Shown piece after piece: positions 38,552-49,510 of a stretch of DNA of 64,000 bases. The first letter of the stretch is position 1. Every line of letters begins with the position of its first letter. The DNA lies in the IMG/VR virus record IMGVR_UViG_3300029305_002311; one strand, written 5' to 3'. Position numbers and translations under genes: made by a program. Source of the DNA: a virus. A model generated the notes under the pieces. That model was not told the origin of the DNA. It saw only the letters and a list, made by a program, of their open reading frames with translations, and ran no database searches.

Positions 38552-38824
38552 TTATTCAAAGTATTTATCGATTTGTCCTAAAGCATATTTGTTGTTTAAT
38601 ATTTTATTCCATTCAGAGTCACTCTGATGTTTGATTAAAATGTAACTATTCTTAAGAGTGATTACTAAGTTCTTATTGTATATTTGTAGACTATTATCAG
38701 TTTCGTCTAAATCATTTTCTCTACAATAATTTCTATCTATTAAGTATTTTTTTATGCCACTTAGCTTAAAGTATGGAATTTCACTTTCTTCTAGTATTTT
38801 CTTAATATTTTCATATAAAGTCAT
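38552..38824 (-). CDS. Hypothetical protein
   Basis: Start likely MTLYENIKK with GGAGG RBS; extension to 38872 runs through E4. Confidence 0.5.
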   Translation of the reverse strand: MTLYENIKKILEESEIPYFKLSGIKKYLIDRNYCRENDLDETDNSLQIYNKNLVITLKNSYILIKHQSDSEWNKILNNKYALGQIDKYFE

Positions 38825-38839
38825 TATTTCCTCCATTAG

Positions 38840-38905
38840 TTTATATAAGTTAAATCTGAAAATGTCTCTCAAGTCATTCTAGTGCTTCATATTTTCCTTA
38901 GCGCT
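38840..38905 (-). promoter_or_regulatory. Intergenic repeat element E4
   Basis: AGCGCTAAGG...AAGCACTAGAATGACTTGAGAGACATTTTCAGATTTAACTTATATAAA. Confidence 0.7.
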
Positions 38906-38906
38906 A

Positions 38907-39467
38907 TTAAAAATCTAATAAAATATAAAGTTCTTCTAATTGGTCGTCTGCTCTAGTAATTGCATTTCTGTTGTCTACTACTTCTAAAGTTCCTCTATCT
39001 TCTAATGGTTTATTTAGCCATTCATCTCTAGTAATTCCATATTTTATTTCTTCGGGAGTAGCTTTAACCCCTACATATAATCCAAGTTGTCTGTAGGTCA
39101 CTCCTACTGGAATTGCTTCTATAGTATCTCTATCTAAATTTACTCTACACATTATAGAAGTATACCCTTCATTAAGTGCTATAGTAGTATCATTAGTTAC
39201 TGAGTAATAAAGTCCTTTATAATATACTCCAGTTTTCTTTTGAAGTGTTGTTGGATTAGGAATTACTTTAGCATATTGATATGATGCAATTCTTTGAAGT
39301 CCTATAAGCTCTTCTACTTCTGTCATCTTCTCATCTGGTATAGGTGGAGTTCCTTCATCTGACCAAGGAGAAGTTCTTCCTATAGCTATAAATCTATAAG
39401 CTAAGTCAGTGTCCATCCAGTCCATCATTCTTCTTTGTCTTGATTTTAATGTAACTATTCCAGGCAT
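38907..39467 (-). CDS. Putative baseplate protein
   Basis: DTDLAYRFIAIGRTSPWSDEGTPPIPDE...YRQLGLYVG. Confidence 0.55.
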   Translation of the reverse strand: MPGIVTLKSRQRRMMDWMDTDLAYRFIAIGRTSPWSDEGTPPIPDEKMTEVEELIGLQRIASYQYAKVIPNPTTLQKKTGVYYKGLYYSVTNDTTIALNEGYTSIMCRVNLDRDTIEAIPVGVTYRQLGLYVGVKATPEEIKYGITRDEWLNKPLEDRGTLEVVDNRNAITRADDQLEELYILLDF

Positions 39468-39484
39468 CTATCTCTCTCCTTTCA

Positions 39485-40486
39485 TTATAAATCATTTATA
39501 TAATAGACAGTATTTTCATCTTTTACAGTAAGTGCTTCATATTCAGCTTTAGTAAGTGATACAAATCCAGATACTGCAGATGCTGCAGCTATAGCTTCTG
39601 CTTTAGCCGCATCTATAGCTTCTTGTTGAGCAGTAGATACAGGTTTGTCCATATCAGAAGTATTATCTACATTCCCTAAACCTACTTGTTGTTTTGATAC
39701 TTGATGAGGATTACTTAAATCATCAGTGTGTTCATCTACTTTTTCATCTGCTGCTTTCACTATATCTTCTAAATTCTTTAATAATAGTTGTAAATCAGCT
39801 TGTTCTGTGATATTTCCTTCTATTTGTCCCCAGTTTACTATACCTGCAGAAGATACTGGGTACCAATTTTGCCCATCCATAGTAAACTCTAAAGCTGTTC
39901 CATTTACTGTTCTAATTTCTAAAACTTGTTCTGAAGTTATCTTCTTAGCTAATAAAGCTTCTGCTCCAGAAAGTCTTACTAGTATTCCTGAGTTTCCATT
40001 TACTTGATTATCTAAAGCTCTAAAATCATTCTCTAAGTCTCCAACTGAAGTATTAAGTAAAAGAATATCAGCTGAGTTAGTTCCTACTTGAGAAGCTAAA
40101 GCATTAAATTGTTCAGTTCCAATTTTATCATTTAATATTGCATTTAAATCTTCTTGGTCTGCTATATTACCAACTATTTTACCCCAGCTAGCTTGTAATG
40201 GTTTCCAAGTTTTTCCGTCTGTAGTATAGCTAACTACTTCATTTTCTTCTTTAATTTCTTTTATTTGATTTGAGATTACTCTTTTTAATAAAGCTTGAGC
40301 TATTGCTAAAAACTCTGCATCTACTGCATGTAAGTCTGCATTAAGAGCATCTGTCATCTTTTGACCAGACATACCTATATATAAGTAAGTGAAGTTCATT
40401 CCGTAGTCTTTATCAACTCCAATGTCTTCACCATTTATTTCATCTAAAGTGTCTGATATTTTCAATAAATCGATAGGGTCAGCCAT
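39485..40486 (-). CDS. Phage tail fibre-like protein
   Basis: DEHTDDLSNPHQVSKQQVGLGNVDNTSDMDKPVSTAQQEAIDAAK. Confidence 0.75.
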   Translation of the reverse strand: MADPIDLLKISDTLDEINGEDIGVDKDYGMNFTYLYIGMSGQKMTDALNADLHAVDAEFLAIAQALLKRVISNQIKEIKEENEVVSYTTDGKTWKPLQASWGKIVGNIADQEDLNAILNDKIGTEQFNALASQVGTNSADILLLNTSVGDLENDFRALDNQVNGNSGILVRLSGAEALLAKKITSEQVLEIRTVNGTALEFTMDGQNWYPVSSAGIVNWGQIEGNITEQADLQLLLKNLEDIVKAADEKVDEHTDDLSNPHQVSKQQVGLGNVDNTSDMDKPVSTAQQEAIDAAKAEAIAAASAVSGFVSLTKAEYEALTVKDENTVYYINDL

Positions 40487-40537
40487 TTTTGTCCTCCTTC
40501 CATCTCTCTTATTAGTATATATAATTTATAGTCTCTT

Positions 40538-41434
40538 TTAGCCGTATAGTACGTGGTCTTCTCTAATGATTGGAGCTTCTTCAATAAATCCTCTATAATT
40601 ATCTAAACCTGGTTCATTAAGTATAAATCCATTATTCCAAGCTGCTTTATAATATTTAAGCAACTGCATTGAAGCTATCATGTTTCCTCTTTTTACTCCA
40701 TGTGATAATTGATGGTCTATTAATGATGATAGCGGAGTGTCTAAGAATTTCCAACCAAAATATTTTATCATTGAGCTATAGCCTTGAGTTATATAAGTCA
40801 CCCAGCAATGTATATGATAACCCCAGTCTTGATACATCATTAAATGATAAGCTCCCATAAATATATAGTAAGCAAATGTTAATCTTGTTCCTGCTAACTT
40901 TGTATCATATATTGAGTCTCTTAATATAGTAGAAAGCTCTGGTATTCTTATTTTTATATCACCAGGAAACATATTAGGTTCAAAAGTATCTACTCCTCCA
41001 GAACCATATTCTATAATCTCTACTCCTCTTAAATCTGAACTAGAGTAAAAGCTCGTTACATCTTGTCCGAAAACTCTTATTAAGTTTGCTAATCCAAAGT
41101 TAGTTCCTCTCCATCTTCTAATTAGACAGAAAAGTTTTATAGCTTCTCTTTGTTGGTCTGGAGTAAGAGCTTCATTCCATCTATAGCCTATTAAACTAGA
41201 TAAAGCTCTTAGATTTTCTCCAGGAACTTTATCTACATCTATTTGCCAAGGCATCTTCTTAGCTCTCATATGTAAATCTCCAAAGATATAACAAATTAAA
41301 GTGACTATAATATCTAAATCCCCAGCTGTAACTACTTTTGATAGAGTTCCTTTTAAATATTCATATAACTCTTGTCTAAACTGAGGGTAAAGTCTATTTT
41401 CTTTTTCTTCTATGATAATCACCATCCTTTTCAT
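40538..41434 (-). CDS. Putative baseplate/tail protein (P2 gpI-like)
   Basis: PGENLRALSSLIGYRWNEALTPDQQREAIKLFCLIRRWRGTNFGLANLIRVF. Confidence 0.6.
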   Translation of the reverse strand: MKRMVIIIEEKENRLYPQFRQELYEYLKGTLSKVVTAGDLDIIVTLICYIFGDLHMRAKKMPWQIDVDKVPGENLRALSSLIGYRWNEALTPDQQREAIKLFCLIRRWRGTNFGLANLIRVFGQDVTSFYSSSDLRGVEIIEYGSGGVDTFEPNMFPGDIKIRIPELSTILRDSIYDTKLAGTRLTFAYYIFMGAYHLMMYQDWGYHIHCWVTYITQGYSSMIKYFGWKFLDTPLSSLIDHQLSHGVKRGNMIASMQLLKYYKAAWNNGFILNEPGLDNYRGFIEEAPIIREDHVLYG

Positions 41435-41440
41435 AAATCA

Positions 41441-41508
41441 GTGGCATCAGGTTGACTTCTGTGACTTTTTCTGATAGTATCTATATAATTATATAGCATC
41501 GCGCTTAG
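41441..41508 (+). promoter_or_regulatory. Intergenic repeat element E5 (divergent copy)
   Basis: GTGGCATCAGGTTGACTTCTGTGACTTTTTCTGATAGTATCTATATAATTATATAGCATCGCGCT. Confidence 0.6.
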
Positions 41509-43475
41509 TCTTTATTTTGATAGTCGTGTACATTTACTACAATTTTATTTACTAGAATGTTTCCTTCCATTGCATCAGGAACTACATCTATAAATCCTCT
41601 TGGTAGAACTTCTATTTTCTCTTCTGGGTCTCTTACTTCACAGTATCTTATATAATCGAAGTTAGCTAGTATTTCATGTCCAATTACTGATGCGAATAGA
41701 GGTTCTCCTATTTTCATGTGCTCTCTTGAAAATCTTTCTAATATAAAAGTCTTAATAGCATCTGATGTTATATTAAATCTAATATCATTTTTGTTCATGT
41801 AAACATCTACTACTATAGTTGGAGTTACTATTTCTAAATCATGATAAGTAACTTTTAATGAAGTAAGTCTTCTTTCATCTACATACTCTCTAAGTTGTTG
41901 CCCAGTTTCTGTTAGTACTTGCTCTGTAATATAAAATACATCTACATATTGATTATCAGCTAGTTGCTCTCTCCATCCAATAGATAAATTTATGTTAAAT
42001 GAAGTTCCGTCTTGAGTTATAGTGTATTTTATTGGAGTTGAATCATTTAATAAATAATTGTCTGACTCTATTCCAGTATTCATATTTATTCCTACTGCTA
42101 TATTATCTACAGTGTAAAGTGTAGCTGCATTTGAAAGAACTATAGCATTTCCTGATATAGCATCTTTTGAAAATTCATCCATTGCATCTGCCACTTTAGA
42201 CATATCTTCTACTGTCCAGTCTTGTTTATCTTTTATTATAGTATTTCTGTATTTTACATTAGTAGCATCATAATTTTTAGTATCTGCATTAGGTAATACA
42301 TATAAGTTTACTTTATAATAATCGTCTGGTTGAACTAGTCCAGAAGATTTATCATTATAATCTAAAGCTTGAACTTCTGATATTCCAGGAATAGCCATAG
42401 ACACTTCTTCAAAGTCTTTTATTGTGACTATAGTATTCATTGTTCTAGCCCACATTGGGATGCTATCTCTCATTTCATCTACTGTCTCTGGATTATAGCC
42501 ATCTAAAGATGCAGTGTTTGAAATTACAGTCATATAATTTCTATATTCTGAGTTCATTTGTTCTATTCTAGAAAGTATGTTCTTTCCTATTCTTCCATCT
42601 GCTCCAGTAGATAATAAGTATCTTACTGTGATAGTAGACCCTCTATTAATTACATCTGGCCAATATGCTGGAAGTTGTAAATATAAGAAAGCTTCTTCTG
42701 ACATATGAACTGAAAATCCAAGTTCACCAGAAATAAATCTTACATCCTCTACTCTTTGATATTCTTGTCCATCTATATAAACTTTTAGTGTGTTTATACC
42801 AATGTTATAGTCTGGAAGTACTATCTTACCAGTAGCAGATATATTATCTATAGTGTATTGTTTAGTTGACATTACACCTTCATAAGCTGTAACTTTGGCT
42901 TTGTTTCCATACATTTTATATTCATCTAATGTAGTATAAACTATTTCATTAGTTGAATCAGTGAAAGTAGTATATGCAGGTATAGAAGTTCCGTCTGGAA
43001 CTGTTCTAGTTTCTACATTCCCTAAAGTAATTTCTGTATGAGCTGATAAGTAATGTCTTGGTTCATACCCTACTAATTTAGCTAAAGATATAGCTGAACT
43101 TCTTTCTAAACATGTATCAAGATAAAGTTCTGATGCAACTTTATCTACTTGAAAGTTATTCATATCTGCTAAATAAGACATTAACTTTAAGAAAACTGTA
43201 CCAATATCAGAATCTGAGAAATCTGTCCATCTTCCTTGAGATAATTGCTCTGCTTGAAGTTTTAAATATTCAAATATTGAGTAAGCGTCTTTTCTATTAT
43301 AAGGAAGAGTTAATTTATCAGCATCTGAAGGTTCTTCCATTACATTAGTATATTCAAGTTTTAGTTCTTGAACTATTTCTCTCATCTCAGTATTTCCAGT
43401 AGCTATAGCATAGGTCTCTAAGTAGTTTAATATTGAGTTAATATCACTAAAGTCTTGAGGTACTGTAGTTGCCAT
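41505..43475 (-). CDS. Baseplate wedge protein (gpJ / T4 gp6-like)
   Basis: DSDIGTVFLKLMSYLADMNNFQVDKVASELYLDTCLERSSAISLAKLVGY...ISGITEVQ-type region GISEVQALDY. Confidence 0.8.
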   Translation of the reverse strand: MATTVPQDFSDINSILNYLETYAIATGNTEMREIVQELKLEYTNVMEEPSDADKLTLPYNRKDAYSIFEYLKLQAEQLSQGRWTDFSDSDIGTVFLKLMSYLADMNNFQVDKVASELYLDTCLERSSAISLAKLVGYEPRHYLSAHTEITLGNVETRTVPDGTSIPAYTTFTDSTNEIVYTTLDEYKMYGNKAKVTAYEGVMSTKQYTIDNISATGKIVLPDYNIGINTLKVYIDGQEYQRVEDVRFISGELGFSVHMSEEAFLYLQLPAYWPDVINRGSTITVRYLLSTGADGRIGKNILSRIEQMNSEYRNYMTVISNTASLDGYNPETVDEMRDSIPMWARTMNTIVTIKDFEEVSMAIPGISEVQALDYNDKSSGLVQPDDYYKVNLYVLPNADTKNYDATNVKYRNTIIKDKQDWTVEDMSKVADAMDEFSKDAISGNAIVLSNAATLYTVDNIAVGINMNTGIESDNYLLNDSTPIKYTITQDGTSFNINLSIGWREQLADNQYVDVFYITEQVLTETGQQLREYVDERRLTSLKVTYHDLEIVTPTIVVDVYMNKNDIRFNITSDAIKTFILERFSREHMKIGEPLFASVIGHEILANFDYIRYCEVRDPEEKIEVLPRGFIDVVPDAMEGNILVNKIVVNVHDYQNKD

Positions 43476-43481
43476 TTATTA

Positions 43482-43853
43482 TCACCATCCTCTTATAAAT
43501 TCTAATACTACCGTGTCTCCAACGTTAGTATTTACTATATTGTAAGTTATATTTAAAAGTATTGTTTTTTCTCTAAAAGTAACGTCTACTGCTCTAACAG
43601 TAAAGTTAGTATAATAATTTGAAATAGCACTAGCTACTTCTTGTCTAATCATAGATGCAGTAGCTTCATTTGCAGGTTCATATAAATATCTATATAAATT
43701 ACTTCCAAACTCTGGGTCTCCTACTAGAGTTCCCTTAGTAGTTTCTAAAAGTACTTTTATATCATCATGAAATTTCTTATTAGATGTAATAGTAGATAAT
43801 CCACCTCTTACATTTATTAAGTGTTGTGAATCCATTCCTGAAAGTCCTATCAT
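43482..43853 (-). CDS. Baseplate wedge protein (gpW / T4 gp25-like)
   Basis: ILVLLETTKGTLVGDPEFGSNLYRYLYEP region. Confidence 0.8.
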   Translation of the reverse strand: MIGLSGMDSQHLINVRGGLSTITSNKKFHDDIKVLLETTKGTLVGDPEFGSNLYRYLYEPANEATASMIRQEVASAISNYYTNFTVRAVDVTFREKTILLNITYNIVNTNVGDTVVLEFIRGW

Positions 43854-44236
43854 TTCATCATCACTCCTCCTGTACCGAATAGTGAGGCTGCTGACGGAAT
43901 TACTATTGTAGCTCCTTGTTCAAAGTCTAGAAAATCTGAATAACCATTTGCAGCTAATATTACCCAAGCTAATCTAGGGTCTCCATATTGATTATAAGCT
44001 ATTAAATCTGGTCTTTGATGCTCAGCTGATGTTATTGTATGAAGTAAATCAGAAGAATCTCTTAATGGAATCATATCTAGAGGTCTCATATTTCTAATTA
44101 CTAAATCATCTGTTTCTTTAAGTCTTAACTGGTCTTTCAAGTCATATCTACTTCTCCAAGTAGATTTTTGAGGAGTTATTATTTGCTTAACTTTGTCTTC
44201 TGAGTACCAGTCTCTTTTTGAATATACTATTGCCAT
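43850..44236 (-). CDS. Baseplate wedge protein (T4 gp53-like)
   Basis: RPDLIAYNQYGDPRLAWVILAANGYSDFLDFEQGATIVIPS; start likely MAIVYSKRDW. Confidence 0.6.
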   Translation of the reverse strand: MAIVYSKRDWYSEDKVKQIITPQKSTWRSRYDLKDQLRLKETDDLVIRNMRPLDMIPLRDSSDLLHTITSAEHQRPDLIAYNQYGDPRLAWVILAANGYSDFLDFEQGATIVIPSAASLFGTGGVMMK

Positions 44237-44273
44237 TGCTCTACCTCCTATTCTAATATATAATTCTATGGTA

Positions 44274-45599
44274 TTAACCAATAGCTTTTACAGTTAAAAA
44301 TGTAGCATTATTTCCATCATATGTAGTAAATGAATCAGTTGCTGCACCAGTGTAATGTCCCATTTTTATTCTATAACCTTCAGCAACTGGTACTATAAAA
44401 TTAGAAATATGATAAGTTTTTTTCTTGCTTGGGTCTCTTACTACAAACTCTTTATAAAAAGTACCATCATTCTTATAAATTACTATAGCTATATCTCCAT
44501 CATAATCATAAGAATCAGAAGTTAGTGATAATGTAGCACATATTTCTACCATATTAACTCCAGGTCCTATATCTACATAATTATCTGAAGCCAATGTTAT
44601 TTTATCTCCTACTTGATAATGTGAAGTATAAATTACTGAAGGTTGTGCCCATTTAGTACCAGGCGTTGTTTGATTTTGAGAGTAACATGTTATACAATTT
44701 GTTTCATTAGGTCTTTTATACCATGCTTTCCATCCTTCTGAAGATATAGCATTATATTGTCTCATCCATATTTCATTATCTCTATATCTATAAGCTATTT
44801 GAGTAATAACGAAAGTTCCATCATTAAATGTTCTTTTCATTACTTGTAAAAACCAGGCACTTGTGTATGGAGCATTGTCTGTAGTACCAGTACAATAATA
44901 AATTCCAGTAGGTAAGCTGGTATCATTGCAATTAGAAATTTCAGTTATATTAGTCATTGCAAATTGGTCTACCGTAAGAGTACCATCTACTTTAAAGTCC
45001 TCTGTATGCCCTCCTAAAGTCACTGCATTCTTTGCTTTTATCAACCAATGATATAATTTTGTAGGCTGTACTATAGAGTGAGGTTGGTTTCCACCACCGC
45101 TCAATAATACACCATTGTAGTTATTAGAGGAAGTTTTTTCAGACACAGTATTACCAGTATAAGAATTTGAGTATCTTTGCTGTATACCATAAGAACCAGT
45201 ACCTTCTCCTCCAGTAGATGTCGTAACATCAACAGCGTGACTATGCTCTGGTAATTCATCTATAGTTAATTGATGAGTAGGACTACCAACTTGGTCTCCA
45301 AAATTTCCAGCTAAAGGATTAGAAGAATCTAACCCTTCATAATAACCAGCAGCAGATGCCCCTCTCATATCAGGTAATCTAAAATAGCCTTCTAAAACAT
45401 CATCTCCACCAATATAACCTATTACATTAAATAATTCTTGATAATCTGAAATTTTGACTTCACTACCATCACATACTAAATACCCGGCTGGTATAGTTTG
45501 TGATGGATAGTATATCATACTCCCTATTGGAGTTTGTTCTATCCCATAATTTTTAAATTTAATTGTTTGCCATTGACCATTACTATCTTTATATTTCAT
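44274..45599 (-). CDS. Tail collar domain fibre protein
   Basis: IPAGYLVCDGSEVKISDYQELFNVIG...YFRLPDMRGASAAGY. Confidence 0.85.
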   Translation of the reverse strand: MKYKDSNGQWQTIKFKNYGIEQTPIGSMIYYPSQTIPAGYLVCDGSEVKISDYQELFNVIGYIGGDDVLEGYFRLPDMRGASAAGYYEGLDSSNPLAGNFGDQVGSPTHQLTIDELPEHSHAVDVTTSTGGEGTGSYGIQQRYSNSYTGNTVSEKTSSNNYNGVLLSGGGNQPHSIVQPTKLYHWLIKAKNAVTLGGHTEDFKVDGTLTVDQFAMTNITEISNCNDTSLPTGIYYCTGTTDNAPYTSAWFLQVMKRTFNDGTFVITQIAYRYRDNEIWMRQYNAISSEGWKAWYKRPNETNCITCYSQNQTTPGTKWAQPSVIYTSHYQVGDKITLASDNYVDIGPGVNMVEICATLSLTSDSYDYDGDIAIVIYKNDGTFYKEFVVRDPSKKKTYHISNFIVPVAEGYRIKMGHYTGAATDSFTTYDGNNATFLTVKAIG

Positions 45600-45616
45600 T
45601 AAACATTCCTCCTAAA

Positions 45617-47374
45617 TTATTTATCACTGCCCCAGAAATAAGTTTTATTTGGGTCAATCACACTACTATATGTCACATAATTGTAACCACCATTATTACC
45701 TGAAGTATAGTAAGCTAAGTGATAATTGCTATTAGCTGTAGATTCTACTTGAGAATTATTTATCTTAAATGTATTATCTGTGTTATAGCTACTATTTGTA
45801 AATTCTTCCCAAGTCATTCCGTTATCAAAGTTAAAAGATATATTATCATATGTAGAAGAGTCTGTCATAACATAAAACTTCATAACTTTAGAATTATATC
45901 TATTAAATCCTACTACTTTAGTAATAAGTGTTGCAGCATCATCAAAAGCTGAACCACCATAAACTAATTTTGAGTACATTGGATGTAATATGTTGTCTTG
46001 AATATGTACTTCTTTAATATAAGTGTAGACCATGTCATTAACGAATCTCATATGATTTAAAATAAAGTATGTAGAATTAGTTCTTACTCTAACACTAAAA
46101 GACCTATTTCCTCTATTTCCAAATACTTCAATATATTCAAAGTTCATAGCTGATTCTGATAAAGTAATGTCTTCTATGCTTCCTATGTAGTTATCATATA
46201 AAACTACCCCAGCTGTTTTTTCTAATAAGTGTGTCATATCTAAGTCTTCTTCATCTATCTCTTCTTCATCTATCCAAAGTACTTCTTCTCCAGTCGGTTC
46301 ATTAGGTCCTATAGCTATTTCAGGAGCTCCAGTACCTTGAATTTCACTGTTAGGTAAGTTATCAATTAGTTCCTTTAATTTCTTACCTTGTGCTGCAGAT
46401 AAAGCATCTGTTGTGCTATCACTAGTTAATGAATCCTCTACTTTAGCTACAGTTGCTGCAGTTTCTTTAGCTTTAATAATGAAGTTTTGAACTATGTGAG
46501 GATTCATTATATCAAATTCTGTACCGCTACCAGTTGCAGCAACAGTTCCAGTTGCAGTAGTTGAACTAGTATTTCCTGAGTTAGCTCCTGTATTAAATGC
46601 TGAGCTGTTAGCGGTGCTTCCAGAAGCTTTACCTGAAGTACTTGCTGTAGTAGTGACTGAGTGAGTATGTGCTCCAGCTGACCCTACTCCATTAGTAGCA
46701 GTATCTCCAGATTTAGACCATTCTCTTAAATAGTTATTTCCACCAGTATTTGCTGCATTTGCTAAAGACCTAACACTATGACTATGTGAACCAGCTGAAG
46801 CAGCAGTACCAGATAAAGCTGGAATAGAGTGGGTGTGTGAGTTTAAACCGTGACTATGGGCTCCAACACTATGAGTATGTCCATTCAATGTATGAGTATG
46901 AGCTGTTCCAGTAAATGTATGGCTATGTGATGGAATATTAGCTAGTACTAAAGTTCTCTTCTTAGCTCCTCCAGTTTTTCCTAAAGTATTGAAATCTGTG
47001 TCAGAGTCATTCTTACCAATAGCTATATTACCTCTTCTGTCTGGCACATTAAAAGTTGTGCTTCCATCACCAGCTCCATAAGTTGTTCCTATAACTGCAA
47101 ATAGTTCTGAATAATCTGTTCTAGAGACTGCTTGTCCATTACAAAGTAGCCAGTTAGTAGGAATGGTATTACTAGGCCACTCTAAAATAGCACCTATAGG
47201 ATTTGTCTCTAAAACAGACGCTCCACCGCTAGGAGTGTAATTTTCTAACAGTTCTTCGACTGCTCTTATAGATGGAGCATTAGTCGTTTTATCTACATTA
47301 GCAGTAAAACTATCTACTACTGAGCCATCAGCTGGTTTTATTTGACTTACTGCTACTTTCTTAATGTATTTCAT
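45617..47374 (-). CDS. Tail collar domain fibre protein
   Basis: IPTNWLLCNGQAVSRTDYSELFAVIGTTYGAGDGSTTFNVPDRRG; HNI..HSH repeats. Confidence 0.85.
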   Translation of the reverse strand: MKYIKKVAVSQIKPADGSVVDSFTANVDKTTNAPSIRAVEELLENYTPSGGASVLETNPIGAILEWPSNTIPTNWLLCNGQAVSRTDYSELFAVIGTTYGAGDGSTTFNVPDRRGNIAIGKNDSDTDFNTLGKTGGAKKRTLVLANIPSHSHTFTGTAHTHTLNGHTHSVGAHSHGLNSHTHSIPALSGTAASAGSHSHSVRSLANAANTGGNNYLREWSKSGDTATNGVGSAGAHTHSVTTTASTSGKASGSTANSSAFNTGANSGNTSSTTATGTVAATGSGTEFDIMNPHIVQNFIIKAKETAATVAKVEDSLTSDSTTDALSAAQGKKLKELIDNLPNSEIQGTGAPEIAIGPNEPTGEEVLWIDEEEIDEEDLDMTHLLEKTAGVVLYDNYIGSIEDITLSESAMNFEYIEVFGNRGNRSFSVRVRTNSTYFILNHMRFVNDMVYTYIKEVHIQDNILHPMYSKLVYGGSAFDDAATLITKVVGFNRYNSKVMKFYVMTDSSTYDNISFNFDNGMTWEEFTNSSYNTDNTFKINNSQVESTANSNYHLAYYTSGNNGGYNYVTYSSVIDPNKTYFWGSDK

Positions 47375-47387
47375 TAATTACCTCCTT

Positions 47388-48197
47388 TTAAATATCTATT
47401 CTCATTAGCACTACTCTATAAGTTATAGTAGTAGATGCTATAGTAGTTGCAGCTTTGTTTATCATTATTCTTATAACATCTGGCTTAAGTATAGTCGCTA
47501 AGTCTCCATTTCCAAGTATTATAGATAGTGAGTCTTGTGAGTATAGTGTAGTTGACCAATAATCAGACCTTGTCGCACTATGACTCATTGTACTTATAGC
47601 TGCACAGTTGTCTTTAGTATAACCTTCTGGATAGCTTATCTCTATATAAGCGGTAACTGTTTCATCATTTGCAGCTGGTGTAGTAAATGTACCAGTTAAA
47701 ACTGCAAACATGTTTGATTTAACTATCTTATGCCAATAGCCAAGCTCTTCTGATATATGTCTTTCATAAGTAGTTTGAGATTCTTCTATATAGTACTTTT
47801 GTATACAATGGTCTACTATCTGCCCACTTCTAATTACTTCTAACACTCCAGTACTATTTTCTGGAAGATTAGAAGGTAAATCATCATAGTAACATAAATA
47901 TCTTCCTTCATCAAATACTCTGTTTACATTATCTGCTGAAGTTAACACTTTAGGCTCTGATTCAGTAGTGTCTTCTGTAGGAGTATCTTCTTCTAATTCT
48001 ATTATCTCAAATCCGTCTGGTATATCTTCTCCTTCAAATCCTATAACACTGCCAACTGGAACTGTAGAACCATCTAAAACTTTGTTATCTACGTAATCTT
48101 TATTTGTTATATCTTCAGCTTCAGATGGAGTATCTACTTTAGCATTTTTTATTTTATTATTCTTTAAATCTATATCTGAACCAAAAGGTATTGCCAT
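47388..48197 (-). CDS. Tail fibre-like protein
   Basis: SDIDLKNNKIKNAKVDTPSEAEDITNKDYVDNKV. Confidence 0.6.
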   Translation of the reverse strand: MAIPFGSDIDLKNNKIKNAKVDTPSEAEDITNKDYVDNKVLDGSTVPVGSVIGFEGEDIPDGFEIIELEEDTPTEDTTESEPKVLTSADNVNRVFDEGRYLCYYDDLPSNLPENSTGVLEVIRSGQIVDHCIQKYYIEESQTTYERHISEELGYWHKIVKSNMFAVLTGTFTTPAANDETVTAYIEISYPEGYTKDNCAAISTMSHSATRSDYWSTTLYSQDSLSIILGNGDLATILKPDVIRIMINKAATTIASTTITYRVVLMRIDI

Positions 48198-48210
48198 GAA
48201 TTAAACCCTC

Positions 48211-49497
48211 CTAACTAGCTGGATGATAAGCTTTAGCCATTACTGTTACATATAAAGTACTTAAAGATGAAGTAGTAAATTCTCCTACAGCTATATTGAT
48301 TGTGTTGTTATCTTTAACAGTTACATCTGTGTATATTTGCTGATTTAGTTCTGCACTAAATACACTTACAACAACATAGTCCGTTCCTAAGTTATGTACT
48401 ACATCTATGTTTGAGTTATTTGATAAATTAATAGTCTTTTCAAATGCAGCCGCAAATTTACTATTTATAGTATACAATAAGCTATATAACCCAGATAAAG
48501 CTTCTTGAATAGCCATAGTTTGCCCTGATAAAGTAACATTAATATCATCAGCTGTTAAAGTGATTATTCCAGTTTTTCCGTTTACACTAGTTACTGATAC
48601 TGGGAATTGTAATTCTACCCAGTTAGCTAATGTAGAAGCTGGCTCAGCACTTAATATATAAGTTTTATTCTCATCTGTTCTTATAGCAACGTCTCCTACT
48701 TGAGCTGTTAAAGCTAGCATAGCTGATTGAGAAGCTACTGTGTTTACTTCAGTTATAGCTAAAGCCGGTAATACAGAAGTATTTAATTTTCCATTTTCAT
48801 CTAAGATAGGAATTTCTCCAGCAGCAGTTCCTACGTCTTTATCGTACGCGGTTCCTGCAAGTTGTGTATGTTGATTAAGTCTATTCAATAAAGTGTTAAT
48901 TAAATCATGTAAAATATAACCCTGATTAGCTGATAAGGCTGCAGTAGCGCTCTGGCTAGTGCAATTATCTATTACTTCTGGAATTGCATTATTTACTTGT
49001 TGTAATTCTTCTTTAGAAGCAAAATAGCTTAAGTCTTTCCCTCCTAATTTTTCTGCATTATCTACTATTCCGTCTCCATCAGTATCATACACTGATTTTA
49101 GCATGTCTCCTGCCCCTAAGTCTTCCATATTAGTGTTTATAGCTCTTATTTTTTCATCTAATATCTTACCTTGATTAGCTGATAAAGCTTTAGTTGCATC
49201 TGCTGAAGTTAGATTGTCTACTATCTCTACTTCTTCTACAGATACAGTTCCGTCAGCTGCCATATTTAGTCCAGCTCCTATTTTAATACCTCCAAGAACT
49301 GTTGCACTAGCTATTGGTAATAAGTAAGTGCTATCTACCCAAGTTGTTCCATTATAGTAATATAGTTTCTTGTCTGATGTGTTATAGTAAAACTGTCCTT
49401 CTTTCGGATTTGATGGTGCAGTAGCTAAATTTTGAAATACTGCATTTAATAGTTGATTCTTTAATAAGTCAATTGAATTTGCAAATGGTACTGCCAT
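48211..49497 (-). CDS. Tail fibre-like protein
   Basis: LLKNQLLNAVFQNLATAPSNPKEGQFYYNTSDKKLYYYNGTTWV. Confidence 0.75.
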   Translation of the reverse strand: MAVPFANSIDLLKNQLLNAVFQNLATAPSNPKEGQFYYNTSDKKLYYYNGTTWVDSTYLLPIASATVLGGIKIGAGLNMAADGTVSVEEVEIVDNLTSADATKALSANQGKILDEKIRAINTNMEDLGAGDMLKSVYDTDGDGIVDNAEKLGGKDLSYFASKEELQQVNNAIPEVIDNCTSQSATAALSANQGYILHDLINTLLNRLNQHTQLAGTAYDKDVGTAAGEIPILDENGKLNTSVLPALAITEVNTVASQSAMLALTAQVGDVAIRTDENKTYILSAEPASTLANWVELQFPVSVTSVNGKTGIITLTADDINVTLSGQTMAIQEALSGLYSLLYTINSKFAAAFEKTINLSNNSNIDVVHNLGTDYVVVSVFSAELNQQIYTDVTVKDNNTINIAVGEFTTSSLSTLYVTVMAKAYHPAS

Positions 49498-49510
49498 TTC
49501 TTTTACCTCC